Assembly: GCA_964397215.1 (NCBI GenBank)
Contig: CAYNHE010000001.1
Span: 5,075 to 69,074 of the forward strand
Origin: an uncultured Candidatus Saccharibacteria bacterium
Lineage (GTDB): Bacteria; Patescibacteriota; Saccharimonadia; Saccharimonadales; Saccharimonadaceae
Reading direction: 5' to 3'
DNA: 64,000 nucleotides
The position numbers and the translations under genes were made by a program. Below the pieces are notes generated by a model. That model was not told the DNA's origin and searched no databases. It was given only the letters and a program-made list of their open reading frames with translations. This document shows, piece after piece, positions 48,022 to 57,708 of this stretch (positions are counted from its first letter, which is position 1; each line of letters begins with the position of its first letter).

Positions 48022-49206
48022 ATGAATTTTGTGATAATTGGGTTAATTTTGGCGAATTTGGTACTTTTGGTTTTGCTTGTGCTTAGAAAACCAGTAGCGC
48101 GAACCGATACACGCGCTCTTGAGGAACGTTTAATCAGGATTGAAGGTGAGTTAGACAAGTTGACTCCTAAGATTGACACGGCTTTTCGCGATAATCGCAA
48201 GGAGATTGCTGATAATTTGCAGAACATTCAGCGCACGGTGGATACGCGCGTGCGGAGTTTGCAGGACGACAATTCCAAGAAACTCGAAGAAATGCGCCAG
48301 ACGGTGGATGAGAAGTTGCAGGCTTCGGTCGAGAAACGTTTTAACGAGAGTTTTAAGAACATTTCTACGCAGCTTACGCAAGTTTATACCGGCCTCGGCG
48401 AGATGAAAGCCCTCGCGAGCGATGTCGGCGGACTAAAAAAGGTGATGGAAGGCGTGAAAACCCGTGGAATTTATGGTGAAGTGCAGCTCGGTAATTTGAT
48501 TGAAGATTGTCTGAGCAAGGGGCAATATGTCGAAAATGTCATCACCAAACAAGGGAGCACGGACCGGGTGGAATTTGCGATTCGGATGCCAGGCAAGGAC
48601 ACAGCCGAAGTTTTCTTGCCGATTGATTCAAAATTTCCCATCGAGAATTATGCACGCCTCATCGAGGCCTATGATAAGGGTGACAAGGCGCAAATTTTGC
48701 ATTTTAGAAAAGCCCTAGAGGTTGATGTCAAGACGCAGGCCAAGAAAATTTCCACCAAATATCTCGATCCGCCAGCCACCACTGATTTTGGTGTGATGTT
48801 CGTGCCGACCGAGAGTTTGTACGCAGAAATTTTGCGCGTGCCAGGGCTCTCCGAAGAAGTGCGGCAGAAGTTTAACGTGACGATTTGTTCGCCGAGTACT
48901 CTGCCAGTGATTTTGTCGGGGCTTACCATGGGCTTTCGAAGCGTGGCGATTGAGCAGCGTTCGGCAGAAGTTTGGCAGACGCTTGGTAGCGTCAAGGCGC
49001 AGTTTAGTAAGTTTGGCGATTTGCTTGGCGCCGTTAAGAAAAAATTACAAGAAACCACTAACAAAATTTCTGATGCCGAGGTGACTTCGCGGAGTATCGA
49101 GCGCAAATTGCGTGATGTCGAAGTTTTGCCAGAGACCGAATCGAAACCAACCCTCAGCAGCCAGACATCAGCCCTAAGTGATCAAATTTCTGTTGAAGTC
49201 GAGTAG
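48022..49206 (+). CDS. rmuC: DNA recombination protein RmuC
   Basis: N-terminal TM and coiled coil, KTRGIYGEVQL, LPIDSKFP, MFVPTESLY, SPSTL; ATG 48022. Confidence 0.92.
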   Translation: MNFVIIGLILANLVLLVLLVLRKPVARTDTRALEERLIRIEGELDKLTPKIDTAFRDNRKEIADNLQNIQRTVDTRVRSLQDDNSKKLEEMRQTVDEKLQASVEKRFNESFKNISTQLTQVYTGLGEMKALASDVGGLKKVMEGVKTRGIYGEVQLGNLIEDCLSKGQYVENVITKQGSTDRVEFAIRMPGKDTAEVFLPIDSKFPIENYARLIEAYDKGDKAQILHFRKALEVDVKTQAKKISTKYLDPPATTDFGVMFVPTESLYAEILRVPGLSEEVRQKFNVTICSPSTLPVILSGLTMGFRSVAIEQRSAEVWQTLGSVKAQFSKFGDLLGAVKKKLQETTNKISDAEVTSRSIERKLRDVEVLPETESKPTLSSQTSALSDQISVEVE

Positions 49207-49216
49207 ACTAACAGTT

Positions 49217-49249
49217 AAAAGACGCCCTAGCGGTTGCCAGGGCGTCTTA
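49217..49249. terminator. Probable bidirectional terminator
   Basis: AAGACGCCCT...AGGGCGTCTT between convergent genes. Confidence 0.65.
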
Positions 49250-49264
49250 ACGATTACTTTGAAA

Positions 49265-50443
49265 TTATTTTTTGCCAGATTTATCGTCCTTTTTTCTAAA
49301 GTAACGCTCGATTCTGGCATTTTCGCGGACTTCTTTGGCTAACCGATAGAAGCTGTAAGCCGCTGCAAGGAGCAAAACCATGATAACAACCATCATGAAC
49401 GTGCTGGGCTTCTTACTCTTTTCTTCGGCCGGTTCATAGGAAGTGTCCGTGGTTTTATCCTCGTAGCTCCCGGTGAACTCGGTATCGCCGATTAATTCGT
49501 CAAACTCTTCCTTAGACTCGGCGTAGACCACCTTTTTGGACGGGTTTTCGCTTAGAGTTTCAAGCAGAGTCATGGCAAAATAACCAGCATCCGATCCACC
49601 CTGAATACCGAAGTTTTCCGGCCAATCCATGGTTAAGGTCACTCGCATTTCACCCTCGTAAGTTTTCATACCGAATTCCAAATCGGAGAAAAACGTTACG
49701 TCATCAGTGTGAGCGCCACGCGTACAAGCCATCGTCTTGTCAACCGGGCGCAGCCAAATTTCCTGATTGCAGACCATCTCCACCCGACAAACTCGATTGC
49801 CACCAGCGTCATTATCAGACTGCAAATAGGCGTAGAGATAATTCTGCTCACCGGCGCGCATGTGATCGGGAAAATCAAGGAACAGCTTAAGCCCAGAAAT
49901 CGCCTCGCCGTCCTCAGCTGCGGTGTTTACCAGATACTCCGTCAGCCAATATTTCCAATCAGGCTTGAGAATAATTTTGGCCACCGAATCACCGGCTGTT
50001 AAACTAGCGTCCGCCGGAGCCATCCGGGCAAACTGACGATGATCACCCCAATTGGGGTCGCCAACGTAGGACGCCAGCATGGGCTGCTCGGTAGTTTTAC
50101 CAAACTCCGCGGTCGGGAACTCGACCAAATCAGCCGGATTACTATAAATCTCCTCAATTGGCAGAGTATCATCATAGTAATCGTAGGCTTTTTCTACAAT
50201 CTTCTCAGCCTCAGTGCTGTCCGCGGTTTTCTCGACCCTGTCGTCTTCTATAACTGTTGTTCCTTCACCGGTTTCCCAGTTTTCCTCGACTACCGCTTCG
50301 TTACTTTTTTCAGCGGTTTTCGATTCGGATTCTGCAGCATAGACAACAGGTTGTTCTGCGGCACGGGCAACGACAGAAGATGGTTCTGCCGCCAAACTGA
50401 CCGTCACCGCCAGCGCAAAAAGGTTTAAAAACATTTTTTTCAT
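49265..50443 (-). CDS. Hypothetical exported protein with signal peptide and C-terminal TM
   Basis: MKKMFLNLFALAVTVSLAA start with AAGGAGGG RBS; acidic; hydrophobic segment near the C-terminus. Confidence 0.7.
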   Translation of the reverse strand: MKKMFLNLFALAVTVSLAAEPSSVVARAAEQPVVYAAESESKTAEKSNEAVVEENWETGEGTTVIEDDRVEKTADSTEAEKIVEKAYDYYDDTLPIEEIYSNPADLVEFPTAEFGKTTEQPMLASYVGDPNWGDHRQFARMAPADASLTAGDSVAKIILKPDWKYWLTEYLVNTAAEDGEAISGLKLFLDFPDHMRAGEQNYLYAYLQSDNDAGGNRVCRVEMVCNQEIWLRPVDKTMACTRGAHTDDVTFFSDLEFGMKTYEGEMRVTLTMDWPENFGIQGGSDAGYFAMTLLETLSENPSKKVVYAESKEEFDELIGDTEFTGSYEDKTTDTSYEPAEEKSKKPSTFMMVVIMVLLLAAAYSFYRLAKEVRENARIERYFRKKDDKSGKK

Positions 50444-50557
50444 TTCTTTCCCTCCTTATTTATATGAAAATTATGTTTTTGCAGAAAAATGGGCAATAAT
50501 TTCAACTTTTATCTCTTAAAGGTCTAGATTACCCCCATTTCTTACGTATATACTTCC

Positions 50558-50586
50558 ATTATAGCAAATTTTTGCTATTTTGTCAA
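50558..50586 (-). promoter_or_regulatory. Consensus sigma70 promoter of the accessory gene
   Basis: TTGACA-17 bp-TATAAT with extended TG. Confidence 0.7.
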
Positions 50587-50675
50587 TAGTAATTCGGAGT
50601 TTCTTGAGGTGATTGGGTCGCTTAGGGTCTTTATTTTGAACATAAGCCTTGGTCAAGTGGCGCGGAGCTTGTAGT

Positions 50676-51704
50676 TTATTTATCCCAGTCAAAGCCTTCG
50701 CCAAAATGCCCATAACGTGCAGTGGCTTCGTAAATTGGTCGTTTCAGCTGCAAAAACTCGATGATTCCCTGCGGCGTCAGGTTGTAGCCGGTGATTTGCT
50801 CTGGTTTGCCATCGATAACGACCGTGCGCTCAAGGGGCTCAGCGTAGCCAATGGCGTAGGCGAGGCGAACAAAAACTTCTTTTGCCTGGCGCTTTTTGAG
50901 GTAGTCAACTGCGATGCGATGCGCCATGTAGGCGGCCGAGCGGTCAACTTTGGATGGGTCTTTGCCCGAAAAACAGCCGCCACCAATCGGAATGCGTGGG
51001 CCGTAATTATCAACAATTAGTTTGCGTCCGGTAAGACCAGTGTCCGCGTCAAAACCACCTTGTTGCCAATCTCCAGCTGGATTGACATGGAGAGTAATCG
51101 ATGGTTTAGTCGGAAGAGGTTGCAAGTTTTCTTGCTTAATAAAATCTTGCACTAGCCGCTCCAACTCGTCGTGGTCAACGTTCTGAAAACTCGCCACGAT
51201 AGAATCTACTAAGTACGGTTGTGACTCTTCAAAAGTTCCGTCCGTCGTCGGCTGATAGAGTAATGTAACCTGAGTTTTGCCATCGTAGGGATGTCGGTCA
51301 AAAATATACTGGTTGAGGCGTCGCGCAAGAACAACCTCTATCGGAAGTAGCTCAGGGGTTTCGTTACAAGCATAACCAATCATAATTCCTTGATCGCCAG
51401 CACCGCCAGTATCGACGCCCTGAGCGATTTCGGGGCTTTGGCGGACAATGTTCTGTCTGACTTCAAGATTATCACCTGCGATTCGATGGACGATGCCAGG
51501 AATGTCAATGTCGTGTTTGGTAGAAGTTACCTCACCCACAACAAAAACTTGGCCATGGCCACCACAAGTTTCGACTGCGACGCGAGCATCAGGGTCGGCC
51601 GCAAGATAGGCGTCAAGAATTGCGTCGGATATTTGGTCGCAGAGTTTATCGGGGTGACGAGGCGAAACGCTCTCTGCAGTGCGAAAAGTTGTGTAGTGTT
51701 CCAT
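50676..51704 (-). CDS. metK: S-adenosylmethionine synthetase
   Basis: ESVSPRHPDKLCDQISD, GAGDQG, GGFDADTGLTGRK, GGCFSGKDPSKVDRS. Confidence 0.95.
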   Translation of the reverse strand: MEHYTTFRTAESVSPRHPDKLCDQISDAILDAYLAADPDARVAVETCGGHGQVFVVGEVTSTKHDIDIPGIVHRIAGDNLEVRQNIVRQSPEIAQGVDTGGAGDQGIMIGYACNETPELLPIEVVLARRLNQYIFDRHPYDGKTQVTLLYQPTTDGTFEESQPYLVDSIVASFQNVDHDELERLVQDFIKQENLQPLPTKPSITLHVNPAGDWQQGGFDADTGLTGRKLIVDNYGPRIPIGGGCFSGKDPSKVDRSAAYMAHRIAVDYLKKRQAKEVFVRLAYAIGYAEPLERTVVIDGKPEQITGYNLTPQGIIEFLQLKRPIYEATARYGHFGEGFDWDK

Positions 51705-51809
51705 GGAACTAGTATAGCATAAACTTGAAGCTAAGATGTGAACATAAATATCTATAAACTGCAGTATAGACTATTTTAAAACCGCTCCAGGCTGAAAGCG
51801 CAAGAGCGT

Positions 51810-51842
51810 AAGGAAAAAAGTCCCTGACGGGACCTTTTCCTT
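51810..51842 (-). terminator. Terminator after fusA
   Basis: AAGGAAAA..GTCCC-TGAC-GGGAC.TTTTCCTT hairpin. Confidence 0.6.
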
Positions 51843-51857
51843 ACCTCGTACTTTGTC

Positions 51858-53957
51858 TTACTTAGTATTGCGCTTCTCGATGATTTCGGCAGCAACATTA
51901 GGTGGTACTTCTTCGTAAGCGAAGAGCTCCATCGTACTGGCTGCGCGACCCTGAGACATCGAACGGAGATCAGAAGTGTAGCCAAACAAATTCCCAAGTG
52001 GACAGAACGCCTTGATAAGTTTAGCGCCTCCATTGAGATCTTCCATCGCGTCGATGCGACCACGGCGAGAGTTAATGTCGCCAATCACGTCACCCATGAA
52101 CTCTTCTGGAGTGGTGATTTCGAGTTTCATGATAGGCTCAAGCAACACTGGTTTAGCCTTCTTGATACCTTCGCGTGTAGCAAGGCTACCGGCGAGTTTG
52201 AAGGCGAGTTCGTTAGAGTCGACATCGTGATAACTACCATCATAGAGTGTAGCTTTAACATCGACTACTGGATAACCAGCAATCACACCGCCAGCGAGAG
52301 TTTCTTCGATACCCTTCTGAACTGGTTTGCGGAATTCTTGAGGAACCACGCCACCCTTAATCTGGTCGATAAACTCGAAGCCTTTGCCCGGCTCGTTCGG
52401 CTCAAATTTAACCCAAACGTCACCGTATTGGCCGCTACCACCAGATTGCTTGATGTGTTTACCTTGAGCCTCGGCAGTGCCACGGATGGTTTCACGGTAG
52501 GCCACCTGAGGTGCGCCGGTGTTAGCCTCGACGCCATGCTCTTTATTGAGACGGTCGATAGCGATTTCGAGGTGCAACTCACCCATACCAGAGATAATCG
52601 TCTGGCCGGTTTCTTCATCGGTATGTACGCGGAGAGTTGGGTCTTCTTCGACAAGTTTCTGAAGACCGAGACCCATTTTCTCCTGGTCGGATTTAGTCTT
52701 AGGCTCGATTGCAATCGAAACTGGAGGATCTGGGAAAGTAATATCTTCAAGGTGAATTGGATGGGCAGGGTCACAAATCGTCGTACCAGTAGTAACATTC
52801 TTCATGCCAACCACGGCAGCGATGTCACCAGCAGCAATCTCGGAGATTTCTTCGCGCTTATCAGCGAACATACGCACAATACGACCGATACGTTCCTTAT
52901 CACCGGTAGTGGCGTTAAGAACGGTGTCGCCAGATTTCATTTTGCCAGCGTAAACGCGGATGAAGATTAATTTACCCACAAATGGGTCCGTCGCAATCTT
53001 GAAAGCAAGCGCGGTAAGTGGTTCGCTATCGCTAGCTTTGCGTACAACTTCGTTGCCGGTCTTAGGATCGACGCCTACGGTCTGACCCTGATCACGATCT
53101 AGTGGGGATGGCAGATAATCAGTCACGAGGTCAAGAACCTTCTCCACAATCACGCCACGACCATCACCACCGGTCACGAGGAAGAAGTCGCCATCCAGCA
53201 CGCGCTTACGGAGAGCGGCCTTAAGTTCGGTCTCGGAAATAGCTTCTTCACCCTGGTTGAAGAATTTTTCCATCAGAGCTTCGTCGGCCTGAACCGCCTC
53301 TTCGACGAGGATGGAACGAGCGTTCTTGGCCTTCTCAAGCATGTCAGCTGGGATTTCGCCCACGGTCAATTCGTGGTCAGCGTAATCTTTATAAGTGTAA
53401 GCCTTCATGTCAATGAGGTCGACGACACCACAAATATCTTTTTCAAAACCGATTGGCAAGTGAATCGCCACGGCGTTCTTAGAAAGACGCTTATGGATAC
53501 TATCAAGTGATTTGTAGAAATCGCCACCAATCTGGTTAATTTTGTTCACGAAACAGATGCGAGGCACACCATATTTAGTCGCCTGACGCCAAACCGTCTC
53601 TGATTGGGCTTCTACGCCCATCTTACCGTCGAACACCACTACAGCGCCGTCCAGCACGCGCAAACTACGCTCCACCTCTGCGGTAAAGTCGATGTGACCC
53701 GGAGTGTCGATGATGTTAATCTTGTGATTTTTCCAATAAACCGTCACGGCAGCTGAGGTAATCGTGATACCACGTTCCTTCTCCTGCTCCATCCAGTCAG
53801 TCGTAGCACCACCAGTGCCGCCTTTAACTAGGTCGATTTTGTGTTTAAGTCCGGTACGATAGAGGATTGCCTCAGAGGTCGTAGTCTTACCGGCGTCAAT
53901 ATGCGCAATAATACCAATATTGCGGAATTTTGCTAAATCTTTGACTTCGCTTGCCAT
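51858..53957 (-). CDS. fusA: Elongation factor G
   Basis: [41 protein letters not shown]. Confidence 0.97.
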   Translation of the reverse strand: MASEVKDLAKFRNIGIIAHIDAGKTTTSEAILYRTGLKHKIDLVKGGTGGATTDWMEQEKERGITITSAAVTVYWKNHKINIIDTPGHIDFTAEVERSLRVLDGAVVVFDGKMGVEAQSETVWRQATKYGVPRICFVNKINQIGGDFYKSLDSIHKRLSKNAVAIHLPIGFEKDICGVVDLIDMKAYTYKDYADHELTVGEIPADMLEKAKNARSILVEEAVQADEALMEKFFNQGEEAISETELKAALRKRVLDGDFFLVTGGDGRGVIVEKVLDLVTDYLPSPLDRDQGQTVGVDPKTGNEVVRKASDSEPLTALAFKIATDPFVGKLIFIRVYAGKMKSGDTVLNATTGDKERIGRIVRMFADKREEISEIAAGDIAAVVGMKNVTTGTTICDPAHPIHLEDITFPDPPVSIAIEPKTKSDQEKMGLGLQKLVEEDPTLRVHTDEETGQTIISGMGELHLEIAIDRLNKEHGVEANTGAPQVAYRETIRGTAEAQGKHIKQSGGSGQYGDVWVKFEPNEPGKGFEFIDQIKGGVVPQEFRKPVQKGIEETLAGGVIAGYPVVDVKATLYDGSYHDVDSNELAFKLAGSLATREGIKKAKPVLLEPIMKLEITTPEEFMGDVIGDINSRRGRIDAMEDLNGGAKLIKAFCPLGNLFGYTSDLRSMSQGRAASTMELFAYEEVPPNVAAEIIEKRNTK

Positions 53958-54046
53958 ATTTTCCCTTTATAATTATTATTTTGCCCCTGCCAACTGAGGG
54001 GCGCACTATGATTTATTGTAACAGATTCTGTAGAATTTTTGTAGTA

Positions 54047-54075
54047 TTGACTTTTGACAAATTATTTGATATAAT
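54047..54075 (+). promoter_or_regulatory. sigma70 promoter divergent from fusA
   Basis: TTGACT-17 bp-TATAAT with extended TG. Confidence 0.65.
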
Positions 54076-54234
54076 AGAGAGATAAGGGTCTACTTTTGTT
54101 CTTTTATTATCTGATAGCAAAATAAAAGCAGCAGGTGGACATTCTTTTTACAATCTCAGGGGTCACGCAAGCGCTATTTAGCTGGGTTGGCGGAATAATT
54201 CTTGAGAAATCAAGCACGAAGGAGGGATAATCTG

Positions 54235-54357
54235 ATGAAAGCTGGAGCCGTTAAACGGTTCTTGGCCAGTGCGGCAATTATGTGCGCAGCGGTACTGGCG
54301 TTGGTAACGTTAATTTTAATCTTAATGTCTAAGTCGCCAGCGATCTACTTAGACTAA
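54235..54357 (+). CDS. Candidate 40-aa single-TM small protein
   Basis: AAGGAGGG RBS; MKAGAVKRFLASAAIMCAAVLALVTLILILMSKSPAIYLD*. Confidence 0.45.
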   Translation: MKAGAVKRFLASAAIMCAAVLALVTLILILMSKSPAIYLD

Positions 54358-54372
54358 GAAACGGAGGGTAAA

Positions 54373-54831
54373 ATGTTAGGAAAAATTGTAAAAGTTGGCA
54401 CAACGTTTGTCAAGGATGTTTGTATGTTGGTAGGCGGAACAGTGATCGTCGGAATTGGTTGTATCATTGCTGAGGATCTGATCCAGAAGCGAGACAAGAG
54501 CAACAAGGAAAAGGCTACTGCGCGCAAGGATAGCAACGTATCTACCGCCGAGGATCCGGCTTGGAAAGAGGTGGATGAGTCTGAGTTCGATGATGAGGTC
54601 GGCGATGAATACGGTGGCGAAGACAATCTCAACGGAAATTCGGACGAGCCTATCGAGGCGAGTCATGATTTCGAGCAGCCGCTTACGGAAACATCGCCTG
54701 AAGGATCGGATGGTGCGCACCAGACCACGAAGCAGTCTGACCAGCCTACTGCCGAACAGACCGACAAAAAGGCATCTGGGCAGACTGAAGGAGCAGCTAA
54801 GCCTGTAGACGAGAAAGCCAGCGAAGAATAG
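54373..54831 (+). CDS. Acidic hypothetical protein with N-terminal hydrophobic segment
   Basis: GGAGGG RBS; 152-aa ORF. Confidence 0.6.
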   Translation: MLGKIVKVGTTFVKDVCMLVGGTVIVGIGCIIAEDLIQKRDKSNKEKATARKDSNVSTAEDPAWKEVDESEFDDEVGDEYGGEDNLNGNSDEPIEASHDFEQPLTETSPEGSDGAHQTTKQSDQPTAEQTDKKASGQTEGAAKPVDEKASEE

Positions 54832-55804
54832 ACTCGGTAGCCTTATAATGTTAGTTGGTAGTTGGCCTGACTTGGTTTGATCGGGGTTTTATTTGTTATC
54901 GAATTTTGGCACTGAGAGAATGAACTCGGTGCCAATTTTTATTATTGTAAAGTTAAACATCTTTGAGTAATCCAGACATGTTCAGCACAGTTTACCTCCT
55001 AATAAACTACTTGTGCTTTTGAAATTAATTTGCTAAAATAAAGGTACGTAAAATTGTTAGAAAAAGTTACGATGATTTATTGCTCTCTACTTAGGTAGTG
55101 AGCAATAATGGGTTTAATGCGCCATTCGACGCATATGAGCCAGAGTAAAAATCTCATCATTCCATCTCCTTTCCCACCACACTCTACAATTTAACGAACA
55201 GAGGTCTAGACCACTCTATTTCTCAGTATACCCTATTTTTGCGAGGTCGCAGAATCGAAATGTCGAGTTACTTAATAGAGTGTTAAGTAACTGGCAATTT
55301 CGTATTTTTTACCCCTGTTAAATTATTACGAGAATTTTTGGCACGATTTCGCTCATGTAAAACCAGAAAAATCACTTGCATTATCAAAATTCATGCTATA
55401 ATTAGATTGCAATAGTTCAGTAAAAATAAGCAATCATGTTTATTTTGTTTGTAATATAAAATTCACATATCAAGTGCAGAATGGGTGTCATGAGAAATTC
55501 AGGAAGCACTTGATGGAAGTCATGATTGTCTTGCTGGACTATTGCACTCGTGGCGCCCATTTTTGTTGCGCTGCCAAGTCTCTAACTTCTGGCCGGATGT
55601 ATATGAGAAAACTACTAGGGTTAGGCTCTAGGTTGGTTTGGATTTATTGTACCTCGAAAACGCGGTTTCGGTATTTTGCTAGTAGGATATAATACCGAGA
55701 TACTGGTTGTCCTCAGTATAAGACGTGTTCTCTTAAATCCATAAGCCTAGACCTAATCCAGTAGTGATAGATATCAATATACTTAAACCATGGAGTAAGT
55801 TCAT

Positions 55805-57658
55805 ATGCTTAGAAGAAATATTAACTTTAATCTGATAGGATATATCAGTGTAGGGATACTTGGTGTCGTGGCGATAGCGGCATGTTTACCCACCACCACT
55901 AGCCGCGCTTCCGCCGCTCCCCTCACTACCACGGCTGGGGTCGCCATTACGGCTAATAGTATGGCTACGGTAGCCATTAGCGTTGACGAACAAGTAACTA
56001 TCGATATTACACCCACCTCAAGCCGTAATGGCGACTTCATGAGTGGTGTAAGTAATGTGCATGTCTCTACTAATAATACGTCTGGCTATAGTCTATATAT
56101 GTCAGCCGTGAATGAGACTGGTAATTTGGAACCTATTACTACTAATGCTGATAGTAAAGCCATTACTAACCTTTCTGTAGATACTCTTGGCACTAACTTC
56201 ACTGGCAATACTTGGGGTTATAACTTAAGTAAAGTAACTAGCGCTAATACTATTAGTAGCAATGAGGGTAGGAGTGTAGAAGAGAGTGTAGAAGAGAGTG
56301 TAGAAGAGAATGTAGGAGGAGAAAGTGCAGGAAGAGCTAGTAGCAGCTCTGCTGCTACTAGTCTCACCTATTCTGCGGTTCCGACTAATGCTACTACGGC
56401 TATTTATACCACTGACTCAGCTAACCTAGAGAATAGTGATGACTACTACTTAACCTTTGGTGTAAACATTGATAATACTCTTCCAGCTGGTACTTATACT
56501 AACTCTGTCCTAGTCTCTGCGGTAGCTAATCCTATTACTATATCAGAACTATCTCAGCTTACCTACATGCAAGACATGACTAGTAGTATTTGTACTAATA
56601 CTATGGAACATGCCACCAAACAACTAGTTGATACTCGTGATGGTAAGAAATACTGGGTAGCGAAACTTAAGGATGGGAATTGTTGGATGACACAGAACCT
56701 AGCCTTGGATTTATCGAAAGAAAAGACTTTGACGAGTAGCGATACGGACCTAGAGTTTGTGCCAAAAAATGATGACGGAAGTGATTATGAGTTTACGCCA
56801 GAAAGTGACACCAATGAATATGCCTCGTTTAGTGAGGCCCAAAGCGTAAAAGACGCCTCATGGAATTTTGGAAATCTTATCATGGGCACCCCGACTTTTA
56901 GAAAACAATGTATGCCGTATGCGATGTCTATAAGTCAGATTATTGAAAACTGCGCGTCGGTGGGAGTTTATGATGTATCTGGTGATTGGAAAGCGACTTA
57001 CCAGTCCAAACCCGGCACATTGACTCTGTTAAACGGTCAAACTTATCCAACAGATTTCGCTTCAAATATTAGCCCTAATGATGCATATATTATATCTGTT
57101 GACCCAAATAATAAAACCTACGACGCACACTATCTTTTTGGTAGCACCTATTTCTTCCAGGCTGCTGCAGCCGGTACTAATACAAAAGTGACTGAGGCCA
57201 TGAGTGCAGTATCTGGTAGTATCTGTCCGAAGGGCTGGCAATTACCAAATTCGGGACGATATACTGCAGAGATTGCCGGTAGTGACACGAGTTTAATAGA
57301 AAAACCTTTAGACAGAGAAAAAAGTTTTTATCGATTACTACTTGCTTATGGTTATCCAGAGAATACACAGTATGAAGTTATTAGTAACGGCGGACAAACC
57401 AACATGTTATACGGAGCAAATCAGAATATTAACGCTGATCCATTTTATTTCTTCGCCCCTGGCTCTATTAATTTTGTTCGTGGCGTAGTGGGTATCGGCT
57501 CGCATATCTATTTTACATCGGCAACCGCTCTAAACACTATGAACAGGTTAGCGTTCTATAGTGGAATTAAAAATTTTGCGCAAGGAGAATTCGTCATTAA
57601 ACCTGCTAACGGAGATGGTGGTTTATATAGCATGCCAGTCCGTTGCCTTGCTCGCTAA
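55805..57658 (+). CDS. FISUMP (Fibrobacter succinogenes major paralogous) domain surface protein
   Basis: Signal/TM N-terminus; YMQDMT, LVDTRDGKKYWVAKLKDGNCWMTQNLAL, SICPKGWQLP, terminal PVRCLAR. Confidence 0.85.
   Translation: MLRRNINFNLIGYISVGILGVVAIAACLPTTTSRASAAPLTTTAGVAITANSMATVAISVDEQVTIDITPTSSRNGDFMSGVSNVHVSTNNTSGYSLYMSAVNETGNLEPITTNADSKAITNLSVDTLGTNFTGNTWGYNLSKVTSANTISSNEGRSVEESVEESVEENVGGESAGRASSSSAATSLTYSAVPTNATTAIYTTDSANLENSDDYYLTFGVNIDNTLPAGTYTNSVLVSAVANPITISELSQLTYMQDMTSSICTNTMEHATKQLVDTRDGKKYWVAKLKDGNCWMTQNLALDLSKEKTLTSSDTDLEFVPKNDDGSDYEFTPESDTNEYASFSEAQSVKDASWNFGNLIMGTPTFRKQCMPYAMSISQIIENCASVGVYDVSGDWKATYQSKPGTLTLLNGQTYPTDFASNISPNDAYIISVDPNNKTYDAHYLFGSTYFFQAAAAGTNTKVTEAMSAVSGSICPKGWQLPNSGRYTAEIAGSDTSLIEKPLDREKSFYRLLLAYGYPENTQYEVISNGGQTNMLYGANQNINADPFYFFAPGSINFVRGVVGIGSHIYFTSATALNTMNRLAFYSGIKNFAQGEFVIKPANGDGGLYSMPVRCLAR
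56273..56320 (+). repeat. 12-bp tandem repeat AGTGTAGAAGAG x3 plus one degenerate unit (SVEE)
   Basis: Read directly; in-frame within the FISUMP gene. Confidence 0.9.
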
Positions 57659-57708
57659 ATCAGACATTCTAACCGTTTTATGCTCCGCACCTTGTGACGG
57701 AGCATTTT

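Noticed and set aside
54160-54225. Possible riboswitch or SRP RNA (GGTCACGCA...)
   Set aside because: The conserved core motifs of c-di-GMP riboswitches and SRP RNA were not found.
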